In this document: piece by piece, positions 1 to 8,361 of the stretch
Numbering within the stretch: the stretch's first letter is position 1
Layout of the letters: each line of letters opens with the position of its first letter
Virus record (IMG/VR): IMGVR_UViG_3300002301_000039
Coordinates: 1-37,767 of that record
DNA length: 37,767 bases
Source of the DNA: a virus
Lineage: Duplodnaviria > Caudoviricetes
Reading direction: 5' to 3' (one strand)
Position numbers and translations under genes: made by a program
The notes under the pieces: model-generated
What the model saw: only the letters and a program-made list of their open reading frames with translations
What the model was told of the DNA's origin: nothing
Databases searched by the model: none

Positions 1-3000
1 TGGCCGCTAAGAATGGCGTTTGCATAGGCATTGCCCGCACGGGCTAGGTTAGTGCCAAAATCTCCGCCCGCCAACAAGTTTGCTCCAAAGTTGAACGCTG
101 CCATCTGCCGCATATCGACAGGTGGAGGAGCAACATATCCAAAGCCGGGTTGAGCCGCATCAGACATTGTGCGCGTTGTATCCTGTGCGACAACATTGGC
201 TGGCGCATTTTGCTGTGTCGTTGCAGCCTGATCATCATCGGTCGAAGCCAGATCAGCAACGTTCGGCCTATTTTGTACAACAGGAGGTACGTTTGAACCG
301 CCGCCACCTAAGTCAGGGCGGACCCGTACAACAGGAGGTACGTTTGAACCGCCGCCAACTTCGTCAGGGCGGGTTTGTGGAATAATCGGTTGCGTCTTAG
401 CCGGAGTTTCGCTGGTTGAATAATCACGCTTATCAGGCCGCGCTTGCTCCAATGCAGCGTTTTGATCTGCAATCCTTTTATCAACATCGATAGGGTTTAC
501 AGCCGCATTTCTTAATGTATCTCGCGTTGATTCGTAAGCAACATCAGGGTCAGTTTGGAATGTTTTTTTATAAAGATAATCACCCAAGTTCCCAATTGCT
601 TTTTCAACGAAGGATGGTTGGCTGTCAGGGTCTGACCACATATTGCCAGAATCATCATCAGCGGTAATGCCCGTTCCATTCGCCGCATGAATACGGCCAC
701 CCTTATTCGCGCTTAGAACACCGCTAGTCGCCAGTGCTTGCAACGTTGGCGAAAGCGAACCGACGCCTACGCCAGCATCACTCTGCACTGTGTCTTTAAT
801 AGATGCTTGATCAGGCAATCCATATTGCATTTGGAATGGAACATAGCCACCAGAATCATAATGATGCTTGTGGGCGAGGATTAAGCCGCCGCGTTTGTTT
901 CCACCGCCTCCCTCTCCGCCGCCGCCCGAATCTCCGACCGATGGGCTATTACCGCGATCACCCATAGAATCACCTTCGTTGTTGCTAACAACGCCGCTAT
1001 CATCATGGACAACTGAACGATCAAGTCCGATGCTACCTGAATCTGTACTTGGTCCGTGGCCTTCGCTTCCAGCACTTGGGGCCGCATTGTTGGCAGCAGT
1101 TTGATCAGATGCCTGTTGTTGTTGTTGCTGTTGCTGTTGCTGCATAGGGTCCATAGCACCCGGAGCCTGAGAAGGCATATCGGCATTGGGTGTAATAAGC
1201 CCATTTTGAACAACAACCGGGGATGGGTTATAATTTTGATCGCCGGGAGTTGGTGGGAGAGGAACTGCCAAAGATGTTGATGGAGCATTAAGAGAAGGCG
1301 TTGGAACAGCTGCATTTTGGTATGCAGCGATACCAGCGTTCCTCCATTCACCCACCGTAGCGTCTGGTGAAACACCAAACTTGTTATTGTTAAAATTACT
1401 ACCAAATGTGTCAGCGGCTGATGCATTAGGATCGGCAGCCATAATTTGGTTAAACCCGCCAAGCCCTTGGTTATACGCAAAGCCAATTTGTCCAATAGTT
1501 GGATTGGCGATTCCGTTATTAATTAATCCTTGCGAAATCTGACCAGCGTAATCGGCCATTCCTTGAATAGCCTGAGCGGGGTTAAGGCGATCCGTTACCC
1601 CATCTTCACTTGCTGCTTTTGGTTGTAATTGTCCCAAACCAACAGACTGCCCATTAACAGCATTTGGATTAAAGTTGCTTTCAATTGCACCAAGAGCATT
1701 TACTGTTCCGTTCGGAAGCGTATTGCTTGCTTCTGCTTGTGCCGCAGCTTCCCCATAAGGACCAACAAATCCTGTCAAACGTGTGCCAAGAACGCCTGAA
1801 GATTGATTACCAGCATTTGCATCAGGTACGCCGCCGGAAGCAACATCCCCCGGATTTGACGCAGATTTTGAAGCAGCCAAATCAACACCACCATCTGAAC
1901 TTTGTACTGGTGTTTCGCCTTGGGGAAGTAATTCAGGATTAGTTGAATTAAGTTTTTCAGCAGGGATTGTTCCCGCGTTGAAAAGGCCATTAGCAACATC
2001 CTTAACAGAGTAGTCGATCTGAGGAGCGCCATTGATCGTAGAAATACGGGCCATGACTTGGCTTGTGTCGCCATTGGCAAACTGATTTGCATATTCCTGC
2101 AAACTCATACCACTGGTCGTATTTGGATATGGCGTTCCATCTGAACGGAGCATAGGTTCGCCATTTGAATCAACCGCTACTAAGTTGTTCCCGTTTAAAA
2201 TGGCACTCATTTTAACAGGGTCAACGCTGCTAAAATTGCTTAGGATGTTACCTAAACTTTGCATAAGAGATGGTTGATTATAAGTCCCAACGCTCGCTGC
2301 GCCATATTCGCCGTAATTACCCCAATTTTGTGGGTTTGATGCAAGAGGATTTAATTGCGTTTCGCGCCCTTTGCCGTTTTGGGTATCTAACCCTTGGCCC
2401 GAAGAATTAGATGTAGCCGAAACACCTTTTCCCTTCGTCGTTGAAGGGGTCGTCGCTGCGGCTGGGGTATTTCCCCACGGCGAAGAAGTGCTTTGAAGAG
2501 AAGATAGATAAGTTTGATACGCTTGCTCAATTGCTGCGGAAGATGCGCCCGGTGTTGAGGCAACCTTCTGGTAATTGTCGTAAGCATCAATAATTGATTT
2601 ATCAGTAGGGTTCCCGCCGGTTGCATAACCGATGCGACCGCCGCTTTCATAATTTGCGCGGCCACCATCTTTCAAGCCAAATAAACTGCCGATCGAACTT
2701 ACCCCGGCAGACATGGCAGAATAAGGATTGCTTGAACTAATTGCGCCCGGATTGGTTAATCCACCCAACATGGATAAGCCACCCATTAAAGCACCAGCAG
2801 GGGCCACTGTTGGAGAGTAACCTGTTGTCGTTCCACCCAGTGCAGGAGCAGCACCAGAGGCCAAACCAGCGTAGTAGCTGAGTTGTTGGTAAGGATAGGC
2901 CTGTTGCTGCATATACTGCTGGTATGCAGTCGAAAGATTGGCTTGTTGCTGCTGTTGCTCAGCCGTACCGTATCCGTACTGGGCCTGAGCCTGTTGCAAT

Positions 3001-3674
3001 GCCGCCTGTTGGCCCTGCGTGCCAAGATTCGCTAAGTTAACGGCAGAATTTGACATAAGCTGGCGGTTCTGTAACTGCGTAGCCAAATCAGTTTGTTGTT
3101 GATTATTAAACTCACCTTGCGCCTGAGAATAGCCCTGACCAAGCAAGTTCGAAATCGTGGCATTATTTGCAAGGTTCTGTTGGCGAGCCAATTCCGCTTG
3201 AGCGATGCCAGCGCGATCTCCACCAAAAGCGCCCTGTTGAACGCTATTACCCAAAACCTGTTGCTGTTGTTGAGCATTCGTCTGATTGATGTTAGCAACC
3301 GCCGAATTGACGACATCATTCATGTACGGGTTCATGTACTGATTGACAGCGCCTTGCGAAAATTGCTGCATCTGCATTGGGGTAGCAGCAGCCCCAGCAA
3401 GCCCTGTAGCCGCTTGAAAATATGGGCTGGTATAACCCTGTAATCCGGAGATGTTTTGACCCGCTTGAACCTGATTGGGGTCCATAGGAGCAACCAATCC
3501 CGGATTGTAATTGGCGAATTGAGCCGCCGTAGCGGGTGTATATTGAGGGTATGGTTGGTTAGATTGCGTAGCCGCACGGTTTAAAATATCCGTAAATGCA
3601 GCTTTAATCTGAGGGTTGGCTTGATATGATGTTGAGGCCGACGAACCAAACAGGCTATTGAACAAATTACCCAT
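1..3674 (-). CDS. Large internal virion / DNA ejection (pilot) protein with lytic transglycosylase (SLT) domain; >=1224 aa, 3' end beyond window edge
   Basis: ATG at 3674 overlaps the GNAT stop. Manual translation (MGNLFNSLFGSSASTSYQANPQ...NLARAGNAYANAILSG) stays open to base 3; it is absent from the ORF track because no stop lies in the window. It has a Q/A/N/G-rich N-terminus with YMNPY and SLT motifs AIESNF (E at 1680-1682), GLGQL and AYNQG. Its position after the tail genes is typical of podovirus ejection proteins. Confidence 0.85.
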   Translation of the reverse strand, partial: MGNLFNSLFGSSASTSYQANPQIKAAFTDILNRAATQSNQPYPQYTPATAAQFANYNPGLVAPMDPNQVQAGQNISGLQGYTSPYFQAATGLAGAAATPMQMQQFSQGAVNQYMNPYMNDVVNSAVANINQTNAQQQQQVLGNSVQQGAFGGDRAGIAQAELARQQNLANNATISNLLGQGYSQAQGEFNNQQQTDLATQLQNRQLMSNSAVNLANLGTQGQQAALQQAQAQYGYGTAEQQQQQANLSTAYQQYMQQQAYPYQQLSYYAGLASGAAPALGGTTTGYSPTVAPAGALMGGLSMLGGLTNPGAISSSNPYSAMSAGVSSIGSLFGLKDGGRANYESGGRIGYATGGNPTDKSIIDAYDNYQKVASTPGASSAAIEQAYQTYLSSLQSTSSPWGNTPAAATTPSTTKGKGVSATSNSSGQGLDTQNGKGRETQLNPLASNPQNWGNYGEYGAASVGTYNQPSLMQSLGNILSNFSSVDPVKMSAILNGNNLVAVDSNGEPMLRSDGTPYPNTTSGMSLQEYANQFANGDTSQVMARISTINGAPQIDYSVKDVANGLFNAGTIPAEKLNSTNPELLPQGETPVQSSDGGVDLAASKSASNPGDVASGGVPDANAGNQSSGVLGTRLTGFVGPYGEAAAQAEASNTLPNGTVNALGAIESNFNPNAVNGQSVGLGQLQPKAASEDGVTDRLNPAQAIQGMADYAGQISQGLINNGIANPTIGQIGFAYNQGLGGFNQIMAADPNASAADTFGSNFNNNKFGVSPDATVGEWRNAGIAAYQNAAVPTPSLNAPSTSLAVPLPPTPGDQNYNPSPVVVQNGLITPNADMPSQAPGAMDPMQQQQQQQQQQASDQTAANNAAPSAGSEGHGPSTDSGSIGLDRSVVHDDSGVVSNNEGDSMGDRGNSPSVGDSGGGGEGGGGNKRGGLILAHKHHYDSGGYVPFQMQYGLPDQASIKDTVQSDAGVGVGSLSPTLQALATSGVLSANKGGRIHAANGTGITADDDSGNMWSDPDSQPSFVEKAIGNLGDYLYKKTFQTDPDVAYESTRDTLRNAAVNPIDVDKRIADQNAALEQARPDKRDYSTSETPAKTQPIIPQTRPDEVGGGSNVPPVVRVRPDLGGGGSNVPPVVQNRPNVADLASTDDDQAATTQQNAPANVVAQDTTRTMSDAAQPGFGYVAPPPVDMRQMAAFNFGANLLAGGDFGTNLARAGNAYANAILSG
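275..372. repeat. Two-copy 51-nt coding tandem repeat (RPDEVGGGSNVPPVV / RPDLGGGGSNVPPVV)
   Basis: GTACAACAGGAGGTACGTTTGAACCGCCGCCA is identical at 275 and 326; the period of 51 nt equals 17 codons. Confidence 0.95.
1113..1142 (-). repeat. Poly-Gln tract (Q10) in the ejection protein
   Basis: Ten consecutive CAA/CAG codons in the frame of the large ORF. Confidence 0.9.
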
Positions 3675-4137
3675 GATTTGGAACCCTCGTCATTGAATTA
3701 TTGTACAAGAAGAACGCCCCGGCTTTCGGGAATTGACGTTCATACAGTTTTACTTTTGCCTCTGTCCGATAGTTGGATACAACACCAATAATTAAAGGCA
3801 GTTCCATCTCGTCAGAAATGTTCTTCGCAAATGAAATTAAACTTTTTGCTCGCGTTGACCGCCGATAATCAGGGTGAACAAAGTTGAATATTTCATTCAA
3901 AAACCACTGAGATGAATACCATAATTGGTCCGGAATCAGGCAAATCATGCCTTCCAGACCATTTTCACCGTCAATGATGCCAACAACGCCATGGCGGCGG
4001 CTTGTTGAACGGTCGATAAAATCTTGGGTTTTTTCTTCGTCCCATTCAAAAATGCCGTTTTCTTCATGCATCAGTTTAAAGAATGCAAGGACGGCATCCT
4101 GATCTTCCGGACCAGCTATGCGAACGTGATAATCCAT
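3667..4137 (-). CDS. GNAT-family acetyltransferase-like protein
   Basis: GNAT-like pattern: N-terminal VRIAGPED, motif A FVHPDYRR, C-terminal KLYER. Confidence 0.8.
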   Translation of the reverse strand: MDYHVRIAGPEDQDAVLAFFKLMHEENGIFEWDEEKTQDFIDRSTSRRHGVVGIIDGENGLEGMICLIPDQLWYSSQWFLNEIFNFVHPDYRRSTRAKSLISFAKNISDEMELPLIIGVVSNYRTEAKVKLYERQFPKAGAFFLYNNSMTRVPNHG

Positions 4138-4655
4138 CAGAAATTTTCCTTTGCAAACCCGGCAAAATGGGTTAGATTGCTAACATGGAAAAAATTAAAC
4201 ATGACGAACTCCTTCGCATCCTTCGATATGAAAAAGACACTGGCTTGTTTTTTTGGAACACGCCAAGGCAAAAAGTGCGAGTTGGGCAGCAAGCTGGATA
4301 TCTTCATCATAAAGGGTACATTAACCTTGAAATTAACAAGAAATTTTATGCTGCCCATCGTTTGGCTTGGTTTTATTGTACAGGAAAATGGCCTACGGAT
4401 CAAATTGATCATATAAATTGCAATAGAAGCGATAACAGAATTGATAATTTGCGCGAGGCAAATAACGGGCAAAATCAAACAAACACTCAAATTAGGAATA
4501 AACTTGGGTGCAAAGGTGTTGTTTACAGAAAATCCCTTAAACAAAAACCGTTTATTGCGAAAATTAGGAGCAACAAAAAAGACATCCATATTGGATGTTT
4601 TGCAACTCTTGAAGAAGCTGCTGATGCTTATAAAAATTTTGCCCAAAAACTGCAT
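4137..4655 (-). CDS. Candidate antisense bridge ORF over HNH-1 (172 aa, hydrophobic)
   Basis: In-register antisense ORF on the late-operon strand. The ATG is 17 nt after the upstream TAG, and its TGA overlaps the GNAT ATG (TGATG). Confidence 0.4.
   Translation of the reverse strand: MQFLGKIFISISSFFKSCKTSNMDVFFVAPNFRNKRFLFKGFSVNNTFAPKFIPNLSVCLILPVICLAQIINSVIASIAIYMINLIRRPFSCTIKPSQTMGSIKFLVNFKVNVPFMMKISSLLPNSHFLPWRVPKKQASVFFISKDAKEFVMFNFFHVSNLTHFAGFAKENF
4151..4184 (+). promoter_or_regulatory. Putative sigma70 promoter giving leaderless HNH-1 mRNA
   Basis: TTGCAA-N16-TAGATT-N6-ATG with no Shine-Dalgarno; AACCC-N8-GGGTT dyad across the spacer. Confidence 0.5.
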
Positions 4656-4676
4656 GGTGAATTTGCTCGCTTCTAA
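4185..4676 (+). CDS. HNH homing endonuclease with C-terminal AP2-like DNA-binding domain (HNH-1), inverted in the late operon
   Basis: AHRLAW...IDHINCNRSDNRIDNLREA HNH motif; C-terminal KGV...HIGCFATLEEAADAY...HGEF AP2-like segment. Confidence 0.92.
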   Translation: MEKIKHDELLRILRYEKDTGLFFWNTPRQKVRVGQQAGYLHHKGYINLEINKKFYAAHRLAWFYCTGKWPTDQIDHINCNRSDNRIDNLREANNGQNQTNTQIRNKLGCKGVVYRKSLKQKPFIAKIRSNKKDIHIGCFATLEEAADAYKNFAQKLHGEFARF

Positions 4677-5278
4677 TCGCGTCTTGGGCCGGGAAGTTTG
4701 CTAAGTGTTTTAACCAGATGTTTCCGGACGCCAACAACGAAGTTATCCAGATAGTCGTGGCCTTTTTGCATGCTACCATTGCCCAATTTGCGAACAATAT
4801 CAGGATGAATAACATATTCACCGCCAGCAGCAACAATTGGTACTGGGCGGTAGTTACCAGCAGTAACGGGACCACCTTCAGCTTTTGCCGGAGAAAACGT
4901 CGATGATGCGGAGTTTGCTGAAGCAGGGCTATTTCCAATGCCAAACAGTTTCTGCATTTGGCCATATTCGCCCAAACTAGGCGGCGTTCCGGGAGAAGCG
5001 GTAGGAACCTTATTGCTTACGCCCCAAGGACCGGATGTAAACATATTGCTGATCAACTTGCTGCCAGCCAATGTGTTACCTTCGCCAAGACCGGATACAA
5101 TGTCAGCGGGAAGGACGTAGGAGCCTTCCAGAACGTTCATTGGAATATGGTCAGTACGACCGCCAACAGCCATCGTAATCGGTCCTACGTGGCATGGTGT
5201 GGATTTTTCGCGAGAAACTTTATCAGCCGCCTCAATCGGGCTACCACCGGATTTGTATAAATTGAACTTGTTCGTCAT
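4673..5278 (-). CDS. Virion-associated protein made of two tandem xxxGG...G[ES]YV modules
   Basis: GGAGG SD. Internal repeat: EGSYVLPADIVSGLGEG / GGEYVIHPDIVRKLGNG, preceded by YKSGG and KAEGG respectively. Confidence 0.8.
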   Translation of the reverse strand: MTNKFNLYKSGGSPIEAADKVSREKSTPCHVGPITMAVGGRTDHIPMNVLEGSYVLPADIVSGLGEGNTLAGSKLISNMFTSGPWGVSNKVPTASPGTPPSLGEYGQMQKLFGIGNSPASANSASSTFSPAKAEGGPVTAGNYRPVPIVAAGGEYVIHPDIVRKLGNGSMQKGHDYLDNFVVGVRKHLVKTLSKLPGPRRD

Positions 5279-5335
5279 TGCCGCCTCCGATATTCTTTAT
5301 AAATACAATAAAATTCTGTTTTTTGATAGCCCTGT

Positions 5336-5683
5336 TTAACTATAAGATACAGCTACTATCATTCCTGATCCGGGAACTATAACAATGCCGTTCTTCACGG
5401 GCATCATGACAGTTTGAATCCCAACAGTATTTGCAATAACGTATAGCCTATTCCCGTTGACTGCCCCCGCAACACTGTTGGCATCATAGACCATTCCGGT
5501 TGTTGACCCCGCCACAATGACGGAAATCTTTGCAACCCAACCAAGATTGGTTTTCAAATAGGTCGTAGCAGCTATTTCACTGCTATTGGCAGCACCAGCA
5601 AGATTAAGCGTTGTATTGTTAACGCTACTGATACTTTGAACACCGTTGCGTTGAACGCTGAGGATATCGTCTAGGGATGCGAT
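5336..5683 (-). CDS. Phage structural protein (115 aa), apparent non-canonical ATC start
   Basis: AGGAGG (5689-5694), 5 nt, then ATC GCA TCC CTA GAC GAT. The frame is open for 42 codons upstream of the TTG used by the ORF track, with no ATG/GTG/TTG in that stretch. Confidence 0.75.
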   Translation of the reverse strand: MASLDDILSVQRNGVQSISSVNNTTLNLAGAANSSEIAATTYLKTNLGWVAKISVIVAGSTTGMVYDANSVAGAVNGNRLYVIANTVGIQTVMMPVKNGIVIVPGSGMIVAVSYS

Positions 5684-5692
5684 GATAGCCTC

Positions 5693-6232
5693 CTACTTGA
5701 CTAATGTCATCTGAGATGACATTGTTGATTTATGGAAAATGAGATTACAGCACAGCGTGTTTTTGAACTTCTGGATTATAATCCAGAAACCGGAAATTTT
5801 ATATGGAAAATAAAACGTAGGGGACGCCGAAAAATTGGTATGCTCGCAGGATGCATTCATCCACATGGATATGTTCGCATTAGTATTGATTATCGTTTGT
5901 ATAATGCCCAGAGATTGGCTTGGCTTTTTATAACTGGAAAATGGCCAAATGGATTGGTTGACCATATTGACGGCAATCGTTCCAATAATCGTGCTAATAA
6001 TTTGCGAGAGTGCAATCATATTCAAAATGGAGCAAACCGAAAAATTCCAACATCCAATACATCTGGATACAAAGGTGTTTCTAAAATAAAATCTAACGGA
6101 AAATGGGGGGCGTGGATTAAAGTTTCGGGAAAGAGCAAAAACCTTGGGTGCAATTTTGACACTCCTGAACAAGCCTATGAGGCTTACAAAAAAGCATCCG
6201 AAAAAATGCATGGAGAGTTTGGACGCTACCAT
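5693..6232 (-). CDS. Candidate antisense bridge ORF over HNH-2 (179 aa, MVASKLSMHFFGC...)
   Basis: The ATG overlaps the TAA of the 708-aa tail gene (TAATG). The ORF is in register with HNH-2, and its TAG lies in the SD of the next late gene. Confidence 0.45.
   Translation of the reverse strand: MVASKLSMHFFGCFFVSLIGLFRSVKIAPKVFALSRNFNPRPPFSVRFYFRNTFVSRCIGCWNFSVCSILNMIALSQIISTIIGTIAVNMVNQSIWPFSSYKKPSQSLGIIQTIINTNANISMWMNASCEHTNFSASPTFYFPYKISGFWIIIQKFKNTLCCNLIFHKSTMSSQMTLVK
5697..5731 (+). promoter_or_regulatory. Putative leaderless promoter of HNH-2 with a perfect 21-bp palindrome (operator-like)
   Basis: TTGACT-N17-CATTGT-N6-ATG; AATGTCATCT-G-AGATGACATT at 5703-5723. Confidence 0.55.
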
Positions 6233-6235
6233 TAG
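5732..6235 (+). CDS. HNH homing endonuclease with AP2-like domain (HNH-2), inverted in the late operon
   Basis: AQRLAW...VDHIDGNRSNNRANNLRE HNH motif; NTSGYKGV...NLGC.FDTPEQAYEAY...HGEF. Confidence 0.92.
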   Translation: MENEITAQRVFELLDYNPETGNFIWKIKRRGRRKIGMLAGCIHPHGYVRISIDYRLYNAQRLAWLFITGKWPNGLVDHIDGNRSNNRANNLRECNHIQNGANRKIPTSNTSGYKGVSKIKSNGKWGAWIKVSGKSKNLGCNFDTPEQAYEAYKKASEKMHGEFGRYH

Positions 6236-8358
6236 TACTTCCCATCCGGTGCTACGCGATACCTGATACCGCCTAACCGCCAAAATGATCCCGTATCTTG
6301 GGATGAAATGTTGATTGCTACCAAACGCGCCCTGATACGACACGATATATACTCAGTCGCTTGCGTCATTGGGAATGTGGCGGATGATACCGCATTACTA
6401 GGCGCACCTGAGTAAAAACCAGCGGAAGATAAGGCATCCGAAGCATAATTTGTCCAATAAACGGTTACATAAACGGTGGCATTTTGGTTACCACTGTATG
6501 TTCCCCATTTCATATCGGGCCAAATTTGGTCGATAAACATGATGTTATCGCCATCCGCCACACTGAAAAAGCCAGTTTGCATAGACGAAAGCATAGGCTG
6601 AGTAGTCGTGCCAGACGCGGCATCGTAGCCTATTTCATGCTGATATAGATAATTGTCAGTACCAGCGCCGATAGGAGGGCCAAGAACAGATTGGTCAATC
6701 CAAGCACTACGGCCAAGAGAACCAAAATCCCACTGCTGGATAGCAACGTTAAATTTGACATAACTGTCGTTTTCGCCCGTGCTGCTATTAACAGAAGGGT
6801 AGAACCAAGTGATCTCATTGAATTGAGAATTGACAGCACATCTGATATTTTGGGTATACGGAATTCCATTCGAACCAACTCCCGTGTTCAAATTTTGAAA
6901 AATAACGTCCCAAACAGGACATGGAATAGCCTGTGGTCCATTGCCAGCATTCATAAAAAATTGCTTCTGGGACATCCAGAAGACAATATTATTCAATTGA
7001 CCGACACATTTGCGGCTAATTGCACCGCAGTTTGAACCGATTTTATTAAACCCATATACCAAAGGAGCGCCAATATATTGCATCGCCCAAAGGTCTAAGT
7101 CCGTCCAAATAAGTCCTTGCTGCGCACCTTGTATGCACGTAACGATCTTGGAACCCGATGGAATACGATAAGAACCCGCCTGATTCGTGGCGGTTCCAAT
7201 CCATGTCGTGCTATCCGCAATATCAGACCAACGGATTAAAAGCGGGTCTTGTTGAAGAGTAAACGACGAACCCCATGCGACAACTTGACGCTCTGGCATA
7301 GCGACAAATATGCCGTCATTAACCAAAGGAGCAGACCCGCTGACTAACTGGGCATTCTGAATTTGGGTATTTGGCGTCCAAGAATAGATAGCCCCGCCTA
7401 CTGGGCAAGCAATCAGATTCTGACCGAAGTTATCCAATGTCCAGTCTGTGGCGGTAATAGGTGTACCCGGTACAGATGGTTGTGTAACGCCGGAACCAAA
7501 TCCGCCAGAACCAAATCCACCAATACCAAAACCTGTACCAACTTGGCTTGGGCCAACCGCGATAAAAAACTCAGCGTTGATGTTTCCGCCATTGATAGAA
7601 GTAGGTCCAGCCGATGAACTGGCCGTATTGACTGCGGAAAATGTAAACTGACCAGAAGTTAAACTTCCCAGTGTGGCGGGGGTATCGATAACAGTATAAA
7701 GCCCAAATAACGTCAATCCGCCAATTGATGTAGATACACCAATGTAAAACTGGCTTCCGGGATTATACGTATTATTCGCTAAATATCCGACAATAATGGA
7801 TGATCCACTAACTGTCGTAAACGTATAAGATGCCCCAGCATTACTTACTGTGGATGTAGCGGGTGAACCAGCGGAAATCGTATAAGACGTTCCAGATGCC
7901 GTCAGGATTTGATACGAACCCGTCAATATAAGACCACCAATAGAAACCGGGGTTACGTAATAAACGTAATCCAGATTTGATGGGCTTATGTTGGTATCAA
8001 CAACAGAAACAGTGCTACTACCACTTGTCGTCGAAAAATTAGGCGCAGAGTTGGTTACCGTAGTCTGTGGAGTGATAACCGAATTACTGCCGTTTGTAAG
8101 GACATTAAGTGATGTTGTGCAACCAACAGCAAGGTGGTTGATTGCATTGAGATCAGCCCATCCTTTTAAAGCCCTAATAGGGGAAGTATAAGGGCTATTA
8201 CGATATGCTACCCAACCGCCTAACTTCTGAGGCAAACCCATCTGGTTTCTATCGGGCATAAACCGGATAAGATTGGACGAAGAAAGCGCAGCCTCATTAA
8301 GAGTCTGCGTCTTAATAAGATCGACGCCCGGAACCAGTTTAAGTGTTGTATGGGCCAT
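6232..8358 (-). CDS. Tail tubular/nozzle protein (P22 gp10 / T7 gp12-like)
   Basis: 708 aa with beta-propeller-like segments (WTLDNFGQNLIA, IRWSD, LIWTD, VFWMS); lies between the adaptor and ejection genes. Confidence 0.7.
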   Translation of the reverse strand: MAHTTLKLVPGVDLIKTQTLNEAALSSSNLIRFMPDRNQMGLPQKLGGWVAYRNSPYTSPIRALKGWADLNAINHLAVGCTTSLNVLTNGSNSVITPQTTVTNSAPNFSTTSGSSTVSVVDTNISPSNLDYVYYVTPVSIGGLILTGSYQILTASGTSYTISAGSPATSTVSNAGASYTFTTVSGSSIIVGYLANNTYNPGSQFYIGVSTSIGGLTLFGLYTVIDTPATLGSLTSGQFTFSAVNTASSSAGPTSINGGNINAEFFIAVGPSQVGTGFGIGGFGSGGFGSGVTQPSVPGTPITATDWTLDNFGQNLIACPVGGAIYSWTPNTQIQNAQLVSGSAPLVNDGIFVAMPERQVVAWGSSFTLQQDPLLIRWSDIADSTTWIGTATNQAGSYRIPSGSKIVTCIQGAQQGLIWTDLDLWAMQYIGAPLVYGFNKIGSNCGAISRKCVGQLNNIVFWMSQKQFFMNAGNGPQAIPCPVWDVIFQNLNTGVGSNGIPYTQNIRCAVNSQFNEITWFYPSVNSSTGENDSYVKFNVAIQQWDFGSLGRSAWIDQSVLGPPIGAGTDNYLYQHEIGYDAASGTTTQPMLSSMQTGFFSVADGDNIMFIDQIWPDMKWGTYSGNQNATVYVTVYWTNYASDALSSAGFYSGAPSNAVSSATFPMTQATEYISCRIRARLVAINISSQDTGSFWRLGGIRYRVAPDGKY

Positions 8359-8361
8359 ATT

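Noticed and set aside
275-372. 32-nt direct repeat resembling a mini-CRISPR
   Set aside because: Only two copies, the intervening sequence is also partly repeated, the period is 17 codons inside an open gene, and no cas genes are present.
44-3577. Many short track ORFs in the first 3.6 kb
   Set aside because: All are alternate-frame shadows of the single ORF running from 3674 to the window edge.
5693-5695. TAG recoding or readthrough to explain the missing ATG
   Set aside because: TAG serves as a true stop for terL, terS, the 201-aa gene and HNH-2, and no suppressor tRNA is in the window. A strong SD before the ATC explains the gene more simply.
4185-6235. HNH genes as group I intron or intein passengers
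   Set aside because: The flanking genes are intact with their own starts and stops, the HNHs are on the opposite strand, and there is no room for a ribozyme core.
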